Shown: positions 39,725-49,647, numbered from the stretch's first letter. The stretch is 64,000 nt of DNA from an uncultured bacterium (GCA_963801165.1 CAWDDT010000006.1:448001-512000); one strand, 5' to 3'. The notes: generated by a model not told the origin, from the letters alone. Program-made: numbers and translations.

Positions 39725-39774
39725 AAGGACCTCCTTTGAGTGCCGGGACGATACCAGGAACTACGGCCTTGTCG

Positions 39775-40071
39775 TCAACTCCCCACTTTCTCGACACGAC
39801 GCTCGAGATCTTCAGCGCTGATCCCCACCGCAACGAGCCTCTTGCGACGTGACGACGCCCCGCTCGAGAGCCGGAGGCGGCAGCCGAGCTCCTGTTCCAA
39901 CAGGGCAATCACGGCCCGGTTTGCTTGCCCTTTTTCCGCGACTGCAGTGACCCGCACCCGGAGCGCGTCGCCGTGATATCCGACGATCTCGGTCTTCCTG
40001 GCACGCGGCACCACCCAAACGGTCAACAACGATCCGTTTGGGTGGCTGCGCACAACCTGATCGGCGGACAT
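39775..40071 (-). CDS. DUF167 (YggU) family protein
   Basis: VVPRAR, LRVRVTA..EKGQAN, GASSRRK. Confidence 0.9.
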   Translation of the reverse strand: MSADQVVRSHPNGSLLTVWVVPRARKTEIVGYHGDALRVRVTAVAEKGQANRAVIALLEQELGCRLRLSSGASSRRKRLVAVGISAEDLERRVEKVGS

Positions 40072-40103
40072 GCCGACAGCGTAGATCCGTTGTGACGACG
40101 GAC

Positions 40104-41087
40104 CTACTCGTGGATGGTCAGGTACACCAGGGTCTGGTTGAGGAGCTGGTAGGCCACCTCACCGAAGGTGATCGGCCCACCGATGTCCCCGGTCTTCTTG
40201 CCTTCGAGCTCCGAGTAGAGGAAGTTCAGTATGCAATTGCACGAGAACGCAGGAGCCGTCGAGCCGACGGGAAGCTGTGAGACGAACTCCGAGACGTAGT
40301 CACCGACCGGCGCCGCCAGCTTGTACTCGACCCCCTCGAACACGGGCGCATACAGAGCAACCGGCTCGTCACCGTCGGGCACGGCCTGGAACGAGACGTT
40401 CACCATGGCGCCGAAGTAGTCGGCGACCAGCGGGAGCCTCGTGTCGTGACCGATCTCGCGCAAGTAGTCGGCGAAGACGCAGGGGACCCCGTCCACGTTG
40501 ACCTTGCCCTGAGCAAACCCTGTGCCATCAAACGTGAGGGTGGCACCGTCGCCCTGGGTGAACAGGTTGACGATGTCCGCCGAAGCCAGGACGCCGTCGG
40601 GCAACTCGGCATGGAGCACTACTGCAACCGAATCTGATCCGGCGTCGCCGCTTCCGGCGAACACCCGGGGCGATACCGAACCGAGGTCGTCGAGATGCAC
40701 ACCGGAGACCCAGCCCACGACCGGGCGGTCGAACAGGTGCGGGAACTCGGGGGCTTCGGCGGCATAGCGGGCGTGGACCTCACTCGTTGCCGGGAGGATC
40801 ACGATGGTGAAGCCGTTCCCGAAACCATCGGCGGCAATGTTGACGAGGTCATCCGGCCCGTACGTCGCCACCTTCACATCGGTCACTTGCTCGGGGAGCT
40901 CGTCGACGTAGATCAGGTCGCGGGTAACGCAGCCACCCTGCGGCGCCATGAAGTACGGGATGGTTCCCGCGATCCAGTCTCCGGCCGGGAGCTGAGACAG
41001 GAGCGCCTCGTCACCGGCGAGCAGCAGCCTGTCTCCGGCACGGATTCTCTCCGCAGTCTCGTTTACGCTGAAAAGTCTTGTTGGCAT
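40104..41087 (-). CDS. DUF6976-like protein (FIST/NosP-like sensory fold inferred)
   Basis: LLLAGDEALL..LP.GDWIAGTIPYFM N-terminus and FSCNCILNFLY...GPITFGEVAYQLLNQT C-terminus. Family recalled from motifs, not searched. Confidence 0.7.
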   Translation of the reverse strand: MPTRLFSVNETAERIRAGDRLLLAGDEALLSQLPAGDWIAGTIPYFMAPQGGCVTRDLIYVDELPEQVTDVKVATYGPDDLVNIAADGFGNGFTIVILPATSEVHARYAAEAPEFPHLFDRPVVGWVSGVHLDDLGSVSPRVFAGSGDAGSDSVAVVLHAELPDGVLASADIVNLFTQGDGATLTFDGTGFAQGKVNVDGVPCVFADYLREIGHDTRLPLVADYFGAMVNVSFQAVPDGDEPVALYAPVFEGVEYKLAAPVGDYVSEFVSQLPVGSTAPAFSCNCILNFLYSELEGKKTGDIGGPITFGEVAYQLLNQTLVYLTIHE

Positions 41088-41110
41088 GTCTTTCCTTTCG
41101 CGGTGGCGGC

Positions 41111-41332
41111 CTAGCCGAACAGGGCGGAAATGTCCTTGGACATGAGGCGCGTGTTCTTCTGGAAGAACCCGTAGACCTCGTCCACTACGGCGTCGCGTTC
41201 GGATGGCGTCATGCCCCCGCGTCCTTTTAGAGCGACTCTCTGCATCAAGATCTTGAGAGCCAAGAACTCGTAACTATGGGCATCGGGTCGCTCTACAAGT
41301 GTGATCCATCTGGGGTCAGTGCGAGGTGGCAA
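41111..41332 (-). CDS. Hypothetical 73-aa helical protein upstream of the DUF6976-like gene
   Basis: TTG start with GGGAG RBS; protein-like amphipathic composition; stop 23 bp before the next gene. Confidence 0.75.
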   Translation of the reverse strand: MPPRTDPRWITLVERPDAHSYEFLALKILMQRVALKGRGGMTPSERDAVVDEVYGFFQKNTRLMSKDISALFG

Positions 41333-41480
41333 AATTCGTCTCCCTTCACCTGCCTGATCGAATACATACTGTCTTTCGGAAGTCGAGCGGGGACAGCCCG
41401 GCTACTCCTTGGACCCAAAGTCGGCTGGACGCAGCGTCGGTTAAGCGTTTCGGGGCCGGGCGGGCGGATGAGGCGCCGGC

Positions 41481-43481
41481 TCACGCGTCGGTGAAGGGCT
41501 CGACCGAGCCAGAGGAGTCCCGTAGCGGGAGTCTGATCACGAACACCGCACCGGGATCGCCCTGCTCGACCTGGATCTCCCCACCATGCTTGTCGACCAC
41601 TACCGAGCGCGCGATCGACAAACCCTGCCCGCTGCCCTTGCCGACATCCTTGGTGGTGAAGAACGGATCGAAGATCCGGTCTACGATCGCCGGCGGGATT
41701 CCCGGCCCGTCGTCGGCGACACGAATCTCCACGAAGTCTCCCCGCAGAGAGGTGGCTACCCGGATCTTGCCCATACCGGATGCTTCGCCCCTCCCCTGAT
41801 CACGCAACGCTTGTGCGGAGTTGACGAACAGGATGAGCAGACTCTGTCCCAGCGGCCCGGCGAGCGCGGGGACCTGTGGGATCGTGTCGTCCAGATCGAG
41901 CTCCATCTCGGCGACGTATTTCCACTCGTTGCGCGAAATCTGTGCCGTGGTTTTAATGACATGGTTGATGTCGACCGAGCTCTTGGAGTCCCACCCGGGA
42001 TGGGCGAAGTCCTTCATGGCGCGCACGATCTCAGCAACGCGTCTCGCACCCTCTAGCGTCTCTGCGGCCGCGTCCGGGATCTCCTCAATCAAGAAAGCAC
42101 AGTTACTTGACTCCCAGAGCGCTTTGATCTCGGCTGCTTCGTCCGCCAGGTCCGGATATCCAGCGGCCATCTCCACGAAGGCCGAGCACGACCGGAACGC
42201 CTCCGCAAGAGGATCCATCGACTCTTGGATGAACGACGCGTTGTCCGACACGAACTGGATCGGCGTGTTGATCTCGTGTGCGATCCCCGCGGCCAGCGAT
42301 CCAATCGCCTCGAGTTTCTGCGATTGCAGCAGTTGTGTCTGGGTCTCCTCGAGCTCGTGGTGGGCCGCGTGGGCTTCGTCCCGGGAGCGGCGCAGCTCGC
42401 CGTACAACTCGGCGTTGTGGAGGCCGACTCCGGTCTGGGCTGCAATCATGCGAAGGAGAGACAAATCCACATCGAGGTAGCTGCGACCTGTCGAGCTGAT
42501 CGCGATGACGCTCCCGACAACCTTCTCGTCGAGGATGACAGGTGCTGCCGCTGCCGAAGCACCCGGCCGAAAGACTGCGGAGCGTTGGGCCGCGATCTCA
42601 CCGATCCGGTCGTCGTCTCCCAGGTCCGACACGATCGCCGCCTGATTGGTGTCTGCCAGCCAGCCGCACAGCCCATCCATCGCCTCGGCATACGACCACC
42701 CCTCGAGGACGCTGCCCGCAAGACCGCGCCCTACAACTGCCGTCACCTCCTCCTTGTCGAGATCGAACAGATGGACGATCGCTTGATCGGCGCCCACAAC
42801 CTTGCGGATGATCGTCACCACGAGCTGGAGGAGAACGTCGAGGTCGAAACTGGACGCCAGGCTCCGGCTCATGTCGATGAGAGCCTCCAGCCGGTGGGCG
42901 TGCTCCTCGATCTGTCGGGACGCCTCCATATGGACCCCGACGTCCTCGATGAGTAGCTCCATCTCGCGGGCTGCGACCATGTGTGCGGTGGTGTCGTGCA
43001 CCATGATGATCGCACTCGAGTAATCGGCGACACCATCGACGCAGGGCACGGCCCATTGGATCTTGCTGTCCGTATCGGGGCCACCGAGAACACGACCATT
43101 TATGTCGCGCTCGAACTCGGTGCCGCCCTCCCAGACGACAACTATCTGGTCGAGCATCCAGCGCAACGCGTCGTCGGACAGCCCCCGCGCCAGAACGCGC
43201 CCGAGCATCGCGGAGCGATCGGAGGCGCCGACAAAGGCGAGCGCCCTGGCGTTCGCTTCACGAACGACCACCTTGCCGATGACCGAGCGGAGCAATCCCT
43301 CATCGGCTTCGAGCGTTGCCCGCAAGTCGGTCACAGCAGCGGCCCGCATCTCGTCGCAGAACGTCGCAACCCCCGACCAATCCTCCAACCAAATCGGCGA
43401 CGGCGCATGGTCCAGCATGAAACTGGCGCGACCGCCCATCACCGATGTTTCGGACTGCGTCATCGTCCCACTCTCCATCAC
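41481..43481 (-). CDS. Cytoplasmic histidine kinase (PAS-like, GAF, HisKA, HATPase)
   Basis: No TM segment. [11 protein letters not shown] variant, [36 protein letters not shown]. Confidence 0.92.
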   Translation of the reverse strand: MMESGTMTQSETSVMGGRASFMLDHAPSPIWLEDWSGVATFCDEMRAAAVTDLRATLEADEGLLRSVIGKVVVREANARALAFVGASDRSAMLGRVLARGLSDDALRWMLDQIVVVWEGGTEFERDINGRVLGGPDTDSKIQWAVPCVDGVADYSSAIIMVHDTTAHMVAAREMELLIEDVGVHMEASRQIEEHAHRLEALIDMSRSLASSFDLDVLLQLVVTIIRKVVGADQAIVHLFDLDKEEVTAVVGRGLAGSVLEGWSYAEAMDGLCGWLADTNQAAIVSDLGDDDRIGEIAAQRSAVFRPGASAAAAPVILDEKVVGSVIAISSTGRSYLDVDLSLLRMIAAQTGVGLHNAELYGELRRSRDEAHAAHHELEETQTQLLQSQKLEAIGSLAAGIAHEINTPIQFVSDNASFIQESMDPLAEAFRSCSAFVEMAAGYPDLADEAAEIKALWESSNCAFLIEEIPDAAAETLEGARRVAEIVRAMKDFAHPGWDSKSSVDINHVIKTTAQISRNEWKYVAEMELDLDDTIPQVPALAGPLGQSLLILFVNSAQALRDQGRGEASGMGKIRVATSLRGDFVEIRVADDGPGIPPAIVDRIFDPFFTTKDVGKGSGQGLSIARSVVVDKHGGEIQVEQGDPGAVFVIRLPLRDSSGSVEPFTDA

Positions 43482-43582
43482 GACTTCAGGACCGTCCCGT
43501 CGGCGAGCGCATCCCGATCATTAGCTACCGGCGAATTCCCGAAAGATATCCGCGAACACCCGAGAGTTGTCGGCGACCGCCC

Positions 43583-43606
43583 CAGACCGTCTCAGACCGT
43601 CTCAGA
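43583..43606. repeat. 10-bp tandem repeat x2.4 (CAGACCGTCT) overlapping the regulator stop codon
   Basis: Read directly; stop TCA at 43602-43604. Confidence 0.75.
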
Positions 43607-44720
43607 TGGGAACACGAACTTTGATCGGCTCCCGGATCCCAACGTGGTCTGCAAACTGGGCGATCCTCGTCTTTGCCGCCAGCGTCACCTCGGCACCCGC
43701 GGTGAGCAGGAGCCGCCCGTCGGCCGAATAGAGATCCTCCGCGAGCTTAAGGCCCGAAACCAGGTCGGCAGCCCGGAGAGCCTTGATTGCATACCCTCCG
43801 GCGGCGACGGCCAGTTGTTCGAGCCCGTCGAGAATCTCATTTGAGATCTCGGTATGTGAGGTGCGCATTCTGTGCGTTGCGGCGCCCTCCTTGAGGCCCG
43901 CCCGCAGATAGCCGTCATAGATGGTTGCCGCCCGAATCAGCTCTATGGCAAGCTGGACCCGCCGGTCCGACGAGGGTGGAGACGCCGGCGAGAGCGCTCC
44001 CAGGATCTCGGCAACAACCTCGAGGCGGGGAATCTTGGCTATCAGGTCTCGCGCTACCTGCGGCTGCCGATCAATCACAGCCTGTTCTTTGGCGCTCAGC
44101 TCGTCTCCGGCACGCCACCGATCGACGATGTCGCTGGGTACAAGGGCGTAACCGATCTCCGAGAGAGTGGCGGCGACCTCGATGTCCCAGGGATGCGCCA
44201 CGTCGAGAGCGCGCGCAAGGGCCCCGACGTGTCCGTGCAGCCGGCTACCCCGCGCCGCGGCAACCGGGTCGCGGATCGCCAGGATCTCAGCGAGAAGGGC
44301 AACGCTGCCGCGGATGGTCTCGTCGAGAAGCTCCCTCTCCGACCTGATGAGCCGGTTGTGCTCAACCGCCTCCTGCAGCGCCCCTTGGAGGATCTCGGGA
44401 GGACAGGGCTTGCTGAGGAATCTGAAGATGTTGCCGTCGTTGACCGCCGAGATCGCGTCATTGATGTCGGATTGCCCTGTCAGCAGCACCCGTACCGAGT
44501 CAGGGAATTCTGTTCGGACCGTCGCCAGCAACTGTGCGCCGCTCATCATCGGCATCCTCATGTCGGAAACGACGACCTGGAACGGATCCGAAGACCGCAT
44601 GATCTGCAACGCCTCTGTGCCACTCTCGGCAACCGTCAGATCGAATTCCCGCCCGAGACGGCGCTGGAGCCCCTTGAGGACTCGCGGCTCGTCGTCGATG
44701 CAGATGACCCGAGGTCTCAC
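43602..44720 (-). CDS. Response regulator, REC plus degenerate HD-GYP-like domain
   Basis: ICIDDE, VVSDMRMP, FLSKP. The HD position reads TLSEIG and there is no GYP motif. Confidence 0.88.
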   Translation of the reverse strand: MRPRVICIDDEPRVLKGLQRRLGREFDLTVAESGTEALQIMRSSDPFQVVVSDMRMPMMSGAQLLATVRTEFPDSVRVLLTGQSDINDAISAVNDGNIFRFLSKPCPPEILQGALQEAVEHNRLIRSERELLDETIRGSVALLAEILAIRDPVAAARGSRLHGHVGALARALDVAHPWDIEVAATLSEIGYALVPSDIVDRWRAGDELSAKEQAVIDRQPQVARDLIAKIPRLEVVAEILGALSPASPPSSDRRVQLAIELIRAATIYDGYLRAGLKEGAATHRMRTSHTEISNEILDGLEQLAVAAGGYAIKALRAADLVSGLKLAEDLYSADGRLLLTAGAEVTLAAKTRIAQFADHVGIREPIKVRVPI

Positions 44721-45916
44721 TGGTCGTGTCCTTCCGCGATGTGCTCAGCGAGGTAGCGCCAGTCCCCCAGCGACGCTTCGATGCCTTCTGCGGCTAGATA
44801 GTCGTGGTCGATCGGGGTGCCGACGACCCCGGGGAGGAGCGGCGGCGAGATCTCATCCGCCAGCCGGGACGCGACATGGGTGACTCCCACCAGCCTGCCC
44901 CCGAATCCGGTGACGACCCCGGGACAAAGATGTTGTGCGACCCCTTCGATGACATCGTGCGGCAGCCCCCACAGACTCAGCAGAGCGGCGCCGACCTGGC
45001 CGTGGTTGACACCGAGGACGAGCTCCTCGACCTCGAGCAGGCTGCGCTGGGCGGTACGAGCCTCTTCGACGATTCTGCTCCATTCGTCGGGGAGTTGGGA
45101 CGCCAGCACGAGTACGCCGATGCTGTGGAGGAGCCCGGCGGCATATGCGGCTTCCCTCTCGGCGACCGGCACCATTTCCGCCGCGATGCGCGCTGTGGTC
45201 ACCGCATGTTCTTGGAGAGCGTCGGGTTCGAGACCGTGGTCGGAGGCACTCAGATCCAGGTCGCGGAAGGCCTCCACGCTGAGCACCAGGGTACGCAAGG
45301 TCTTGGTGCCGATGAAGACCACCGCCTCCTTGATGCTCGCCGTCGGCCGGGGGAGACCGAAGAAGGCCGAGTTGACGAGTTGTAGAACCCGGGCGGCCAC
45401 GCTCGGGTTTTCCTCCACGATTACGGCGATCTCGTCGAGCCCGACGTCCTCGGACCGCACGGCCCGCATCAGCCGGGTGTAGACAGACGGCTGGCTGGGC
45501 AGGGCGCGCATTCGCGAGACGACACCGCGCAGAATCGGGTCTTCCAGGAGCCCCCGGAGATGGAGCGCACGATCCACGGCAGCCTGCAGCTCCTCGGGAG
45601 GACACGGCTTCGCCAGGAACTGATGGACGAGCCCGACCGCCTCGTAGGTCTGATCCTTCTTGACCTGACCGGTGAGCATGATCCGCGCCGTCTCCGGATA
45701 GCGCATCCGCACCAGTTGCAGCAGCGCAAGACCGTCCACGCCCGGCATCTGGGCATCACTGACGATCACGTCTGCGCCGGTGTCCTCGAGCTGGGCGAGA
45801 GCCGCTTCGCTGTCGGCGGCGAACGACATCTCCCAATCCGGGTGACTGGATCGCATAGTGCGGCGGATTCCTCGCAGAACCCGCTCGTCGTCGTCAACAA
45901 AAAGAACGTGGGTCAT
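44717..45916 (-). CDS. Response regulator, REC plus HDOD domain
   Basis: LFVDDD, VSDAQMP, FLAKP. HDOD motifs LPSQP, VLQLVNSAFFG, AGLLHSIG, LSLWGLP. Confidence 0.92.
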   Translation of the reverse strand: MTHVLFVDDDERVLRGIRRTMRSSHPDWEMSFAADSEAALAQLEDTGADVIVSDAQMPGVDGLALLQLVRMRYPETARIMLTGQVKKDQTYEAVGLVHQFLAKPCPPEELQAAVDRALHLRGLLEDPILRGVVSRMRALPSQPSVYTRLMRAVRSEDVGLDEIAVIVEENPSVAARVLQLVNSAFFGLPRPTASIKEAVVFIGTKTLRTLVLSVEAFRDLDLSASDHGLEPDALQEHAVTTARIAAEMVPVAEREAAYAAGLLHSIGVLVLASQLPDEWSRIVEEARTAQRSLLEVEELVLGVNHGQVGAALLSLWGLPHDVIEGVAQHLCPGVVTGFGGRLVGVTHVASRLADEISPPLLPGVVGTPIDHDYLAAEGIEASLGDWRYLAEHIAEGHDQ

Positions 45917-45923
45917 GTCACAC

Positions 45924-45950
45924 CTATCGGCCGTTGGTCCTATTGCTCAC
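45924..45950 (-). promoter_or_regulatory. Putative sigma28-type promoter giving a leaderless REC-HDOD transcript
   Basis: Minus strand GTGAGCAA-N11-GCCGATAG, then 7 nt, then ATG. No SD. The -35 is weak. Confidence 0.5.
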
Positions 45951-46040
45951 GCTGTCGGCGTCGTGCGACACAACTTAAGTTGGATCCGGGCACCGGGCCC
46001 GTGACGTTCGCTCCCGCAACACGGACGTGTACTATTCCAC

Positions 46041-46102
46041 GACAACAGCGACGAAGACAACAGCGACGAAGACAACAGCGACGAAGACAACAGCGACGAA
46101 GA
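46041..46102. repeat. 15-bp tandem repeat x4 (GACAACAGCGACGAA) at the 5' end of the T-box leader
   Basis: Four perfect copies starting 5 nt after TACTAT (46030-46035). Confidence 0.97.
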
Positions 46103-46338
46103 GGACGCCCGGAAGCGAAACGGCGGCCCAGCGAGCCGGGGATGGTGTGAGCCCGGCGCCTCCGGCAACCGGGCCATCACCTCCGAGCTGCGGGAAGAGC
46201 CCGGGACCACCGGGGGTAGAACTCGCCGGACACCCCGCCGCATGGGGCAACTGAGAGGCCGGGCACATTCCGGCAAACCGGGTGGTACCGCGGGGAAGAC
46301 CCGTCCCGGTGAAGGACATACATATCTTCACCTAGGAC
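46092..46338 (+). ncRNA. T-box riboswitch (Ile-specific, translational) upstream of ileS
   Basis: GA motif GCGACGAAGAGG...CCTCCGAGC; AG bulge AGCGAG; GGTGTGA loop; specifier ATC at 46176-46178; T-box CCGGG-TGGTACC-GCGG (46283-46289). A competing hairpin GTCC-CGGTGAAG...CTTCACC-TA-GGAC covers the SD, and there is no U-tract. Confidence 0.9.
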
Positions 46339-46344
46339 CGGAAG

Positions 46345-49300
46345 ATGACCCCACAAACCACACCAGCAAACACGGGACCCACACCAGCAAACACGGGACC
46401 CACACCAGCAAACACGGGACCCACACCAGCAAACACGGGACCCACACCAGCAAACACGGGAACCACACCCGTAAACACGGGCTCATTTGCCCGCGCCGAC
46501 GCCCAACTCAACCTTCCGGCACTCGACGCCAACATCCTCGCCTACTGGAAGAGGACGGAGGCATTCGAGAAGTCGCAGCAGCTCCGGCCCGCGGATGCTG
46601 AATACACCTTCTACGACGGACCTCCCTTTGCGACGGGAAGCCCCCACTACGGCCACATCCTCCAGGGCGTCGTCAAGGACATAGTCCCACGCTATTGGAC
46701 GATGCGCGGCCATCGCGTCGAGCGACGGTTCGGCTGGGACGTCCACGGCCTCCCTGTCGAAATGGAGGTCGAGAAGCAGCTCGGCGTGTCGGGGCCGCGG
46801 CAGATCCTCGAGTACGGGGTCGGCGCCTTCAACGAAGCCTGCCGCGCCATGGTTGAGGCGACAACGGATGAGTGGGAGGTAATCACCAACCGGATCGGAC
46901 GCTGGGTCGATTTCGAGAACGACTACAAGACCATGGATGTCGATTTCATGGAGAGCGTCTGGTGGGTGTTCAAGTCCCTGTGGGACAAAGGTCTGGTCTA
47001 CAAGGACTTCAAGGTCCTCCCCTACTCGTTCGGGGCGACCACGCCGCTGTCCAATTTCGAGGCGAATCTCGATTACCGCGACGTCGACGACCCGGCAATC
47101 ACGTTGCGTCTCGAGGTGCTCGACGGTCGCGGTGCCGTCCAGCACGGTGATTACCTGCTCATCTGGACGACCACGCCGTGGACGCTCCCTGCAAACCTCG
47201 CGGTCGCCGCCGGCGCCGACATCGAGTACAGCCGCATCGCCGGATCTCTTGGTGGCTTGTCGGGGACCTACTGGCTTGCTTCCGACCTCGTGGACCAGTT
47301 CTTCGGATCCGACCGCGAGCTGCTCGACCGCATGCAAGGCCGTGATCTGGTCGGAGTGGCGTATCAGCCCCCGTTCGATTACTTCGGCGAGAAACGCGAC
47401 CACGGCGCTTTCCGTGTCATCGAGAGCACCGACGTCACTGTTGATGAGGGTACCGGTCTCGTGCATATGGCGCCCGCCTACGGCGAGGCTGACTTCTACG
47501 CTCTCAACGATGCCGGCCTCGACGTGCTGGTCGATCCGGTAGATGCCGAAGCGCGGTTCACCGACGAGGTACCCGAGGTCGCGGGCGTCAACGTCAAGGA
47601 CGCCGACGCCACACTGATCCGGATGCTCAAGGATCGGCAGCTGATCGTGCGCCACGAGCAGATCCGTCACTCGTATCCGTTCTGCTGGCGTACCGGCACA
47701 CCGTTGATCTACAAGGCGATCCCGACGTGGTTCGTTGCCGTCGAGTCGTTCCGCGACCGCATGGTCGAGGTGAACCAGAAGATCCACTGGGTGCCCGAGG
47801 CCGTAGGCGACAAGCGCTTTGGCAATTGGCTCGAGGGAGCCAGGGATTGGGCAATCAGCCGGAATCGCTATTGGGGAAGCTGCATCCCTGTCTGGGAATG
47901 CGCAGAATTCGAGCACAGGGTCTGTGTCGGCTCTCGCCAGGAGCTGCACGACCTCTCTGGTGTCTGGGTCGATGACTTGCACAAGCACTACGTCGACGAG
48001 GTGACGTTCCCGTGCCCGCAGTGCCGCGGGACGATGCAACGGGTGCCCGAGGTCCTCGACTGCTGGTTCGAGTCGGGTTCGATGCCGTATGCGCAGATCC
48101 ACTACCCGTTCGAGAACGAGGAGCGGTTCGCACACCGCTACCCGGCCGACTTCATCGCCGAGGGCCTGGACCAGACCCGTGGGTGGTTCTACACGCTGGT
48201 CGTCCTGGGTACGGCTCTATTCGATGACGCGCCTTTCCAGAACTGTGTCGTCACCGGGATGATCCTCGCCGAAGACGGGCGCAAGATGTCCAAGAGCCTG
48301 AAGAACTACCCGGATCCCACTCACGTTCTCGACGAGTTCGGGGCGGACGCCCTCCGCGCGTATCTGATCAACTCTCCTGTCGTCCGTGCCGACCCGCTCC
48401 GTTTCTCCGAGGCCGGAGTGAGAGAGGTGGTGCGAACGGTGCTGCTGCCGTTCTGGAACGCGTACTCCTTCTTCACGACCTACGCCGAGGCGGACGGGAT
48501 CACGCTCGCCGACTTGAAGGCGGCCGCGCCACCGTCGGCACGCGCCGAGATCGACCGTTGGATCTTGTCGGTGCTGCAGAGTCTCATCCGGCAGGTGAAC
48601 GTGGAGATGGAGGACTACCGGCTCTACAACGTCATCCCCCCCATCCTGGGGTTCATCGACGACCTCACCAACTGGTATATCCGCCGCTCCCGGCGCCGGT
48701 TCTGGTCACAGCGCGGCACCGGTGATGACGCCGACAAGCTTGCCGCATTCGCCACTCTCTACGAGGTGCTGGTCACCTTCGCCGGCGTGGCTGCCCCGGT
48801 CCTCCCCTTTATCTCCGAGGAGCTTTATCAACGCCTCGTCCACGACCTCGATGAGACGACGCCGGAGAGCGTCCATCACACCGACTACCCGCTCACCGAC
48901 GCCGAGAGGATCGACATGGACCTGGAGGCCGCGATGGCAACGGTCCGCACCATCGTCAATCTCGGCCATGGCCTCCGCAAGAGACACGAGGTGAGGGTGC
49001 GCCAGCCGCTTGCTGATCTGACGGTGGTCACTCGCGACCCCTCGGTTGCCGCTGCCGTAGCGTCGCACCAGTCGCTGATCGCCGAAGAGCTGAACGTGGC
49101 GTCGGTCACGGTCGACACGATCGAAGACCACATCGTGAGCTTGTCGGCACAGGCGAACTTCAAGGTGCTTGGTCCCCGCCTCGGACCTGCGACCAAAACC
49201 GTTGCCGCCGAGATCGCCGCGCTGCCCCACGACACGATCTCGTCGCTCCTCGACGGGGCACATCTCGAGATCGGCGGAGTTGAGATTTCACCGGATGACA

Positions 49301-49647
49301 TCGTCGTGCGACGCGAACCCCGCCCCGGTCTTGTAGTCGCCGCCGAGGGACCGCTCTCGGTCGCCCTCGACGTCACAGTGACCCCGGAACTCGCCCGCGA
49401 GGGCACCGCCCGCGAGATCGTCAGCGCCATTCAGGGGGTACGGCGCGAGCTCGGCTTCGAGGTCAGCGACCGCGTGTCACTGACCTGGAGCTCCGAGGAT
49501 GCCGCCATCGTCGATGCGCTGGAGGCATACCGCGACTTGATCGCAGGGGAGATCCTGGCGACGACGGTTGCTCGCACCGAGCAAGCCCAGGCGAACACGC
49601 TCGAGATCAATGGTGCGGAGATCTCCGTGACGCTGCAGAGGCAGTGA
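46345..49647 (+). CDS. ileS: Isoleucine--tRNA ligase (type 2)
   Basis: PFATGSPHYGH, WTTTPWTL, DWAISRNRYWG, EGLDQTRGWF, KMSKS. Confidence 0.97.
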   Translation: MTPQTTPANTGPTPANTGPTPANTGPTPANTGPTPANTGTTPVNTGSFARADAQLNLPALDANILAYWKRTEAFEKSQQLRPADAEYTFYDGPPFATGSPHYGHILQGVVKDIVPRYWTMRGHRVERRFGWDVHGLPVEMEVEKQLGVSGPRQILEYGVGAFNEACRAMVEATTDEWEVITNRIGRWVDFENDYKTMDVDFMESVWWVFKSLWDKGLVYKDFKVLPYSFGATTPLSNFEANLDYRDVDDPAITLRLEVLDGRGAVQHGDYLLIWTTTPWTLPANLAVAAGADIEYSRIAGSLGGLSGTYWLASDLVDQFFGSDRELLDRMQGRDLVGVAYQPPFDYFGEKRDHGAFRVIESTDVTVDEGTGLVHMAPAYGEADFYALNDAGLDVLVDPVDAEARFTDEVPEVAGVNVKDADATLIRMLKDRQLIVRHEQIRHSYPFCWRTGTPLIYKAIPTWFVAVESFRDRMVEVNQKIHWVPEAVGDKRFGNWLEGARDWAISRNRYWGSCIPVWECAEFEHRVCVGSRQELHDLSGVWVDDLHKHYVDEVTFPCPQCRGTMQRVPEVLDCWFESGSMPYAQIHYPFENEERFAHRYPADFIAEGLDQTRGWFYTLVVLGTALFDDAPFQNCVVTGMILAEDGRKMSKSLKNYPDPTHVLDEFGADALRAYLINSPVVRADPLRFSEAGVREVVRTVLLPFWNAYSFFTTYAEADGITLADLKAAAPPSARAEIDRWILSVLQSLIRQVNVEMEDYRLYNVIPPILGFIDDLTNWYIRRSRRRFWSQRGTGDDADKLAAFATLYEVLVTFAGVAAPVLPFISEELYQRLVHDLDETTPESVHHTDYPLTDAERIDMDLEAAMATVRTIVNLGHGLRKRHEVRVRQPLADLTVVTRDPSVAAAVASHQSLIAEELNVASVTVDTIEDHIVSLSAQANFKVLGPRLGPATKTVAAEIAALPHDTISSLLDGAHLEIGGVEISPDDIVVRREPRPGLVVAAEGPLSVALDVTVTPELAREGTAREIVSAIQGVRRELGFEVSDRVSLTWSSEDAAIVDALEAYRDLIAGEILATTVARTEQAQANTLEINGAEISVTLQRQ
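46359..46484. repeat. 21-bp tandem repeat x6 in frame at the ileS N-terminus (TPANTGP)
   Basis: CACACCAGCAAACACGGGACC: four perfect and two degenerate copies. Confidence 0.97.

Noticed and set aside
46027-46601. Small ORFs over the T-box and repeats (46027..46254, 46032..46331, 46242..46601, 46332..46535)
   Set aside because: They are by-products of stop-free repeats and structured RNA; the T-box and ileS explain the region.
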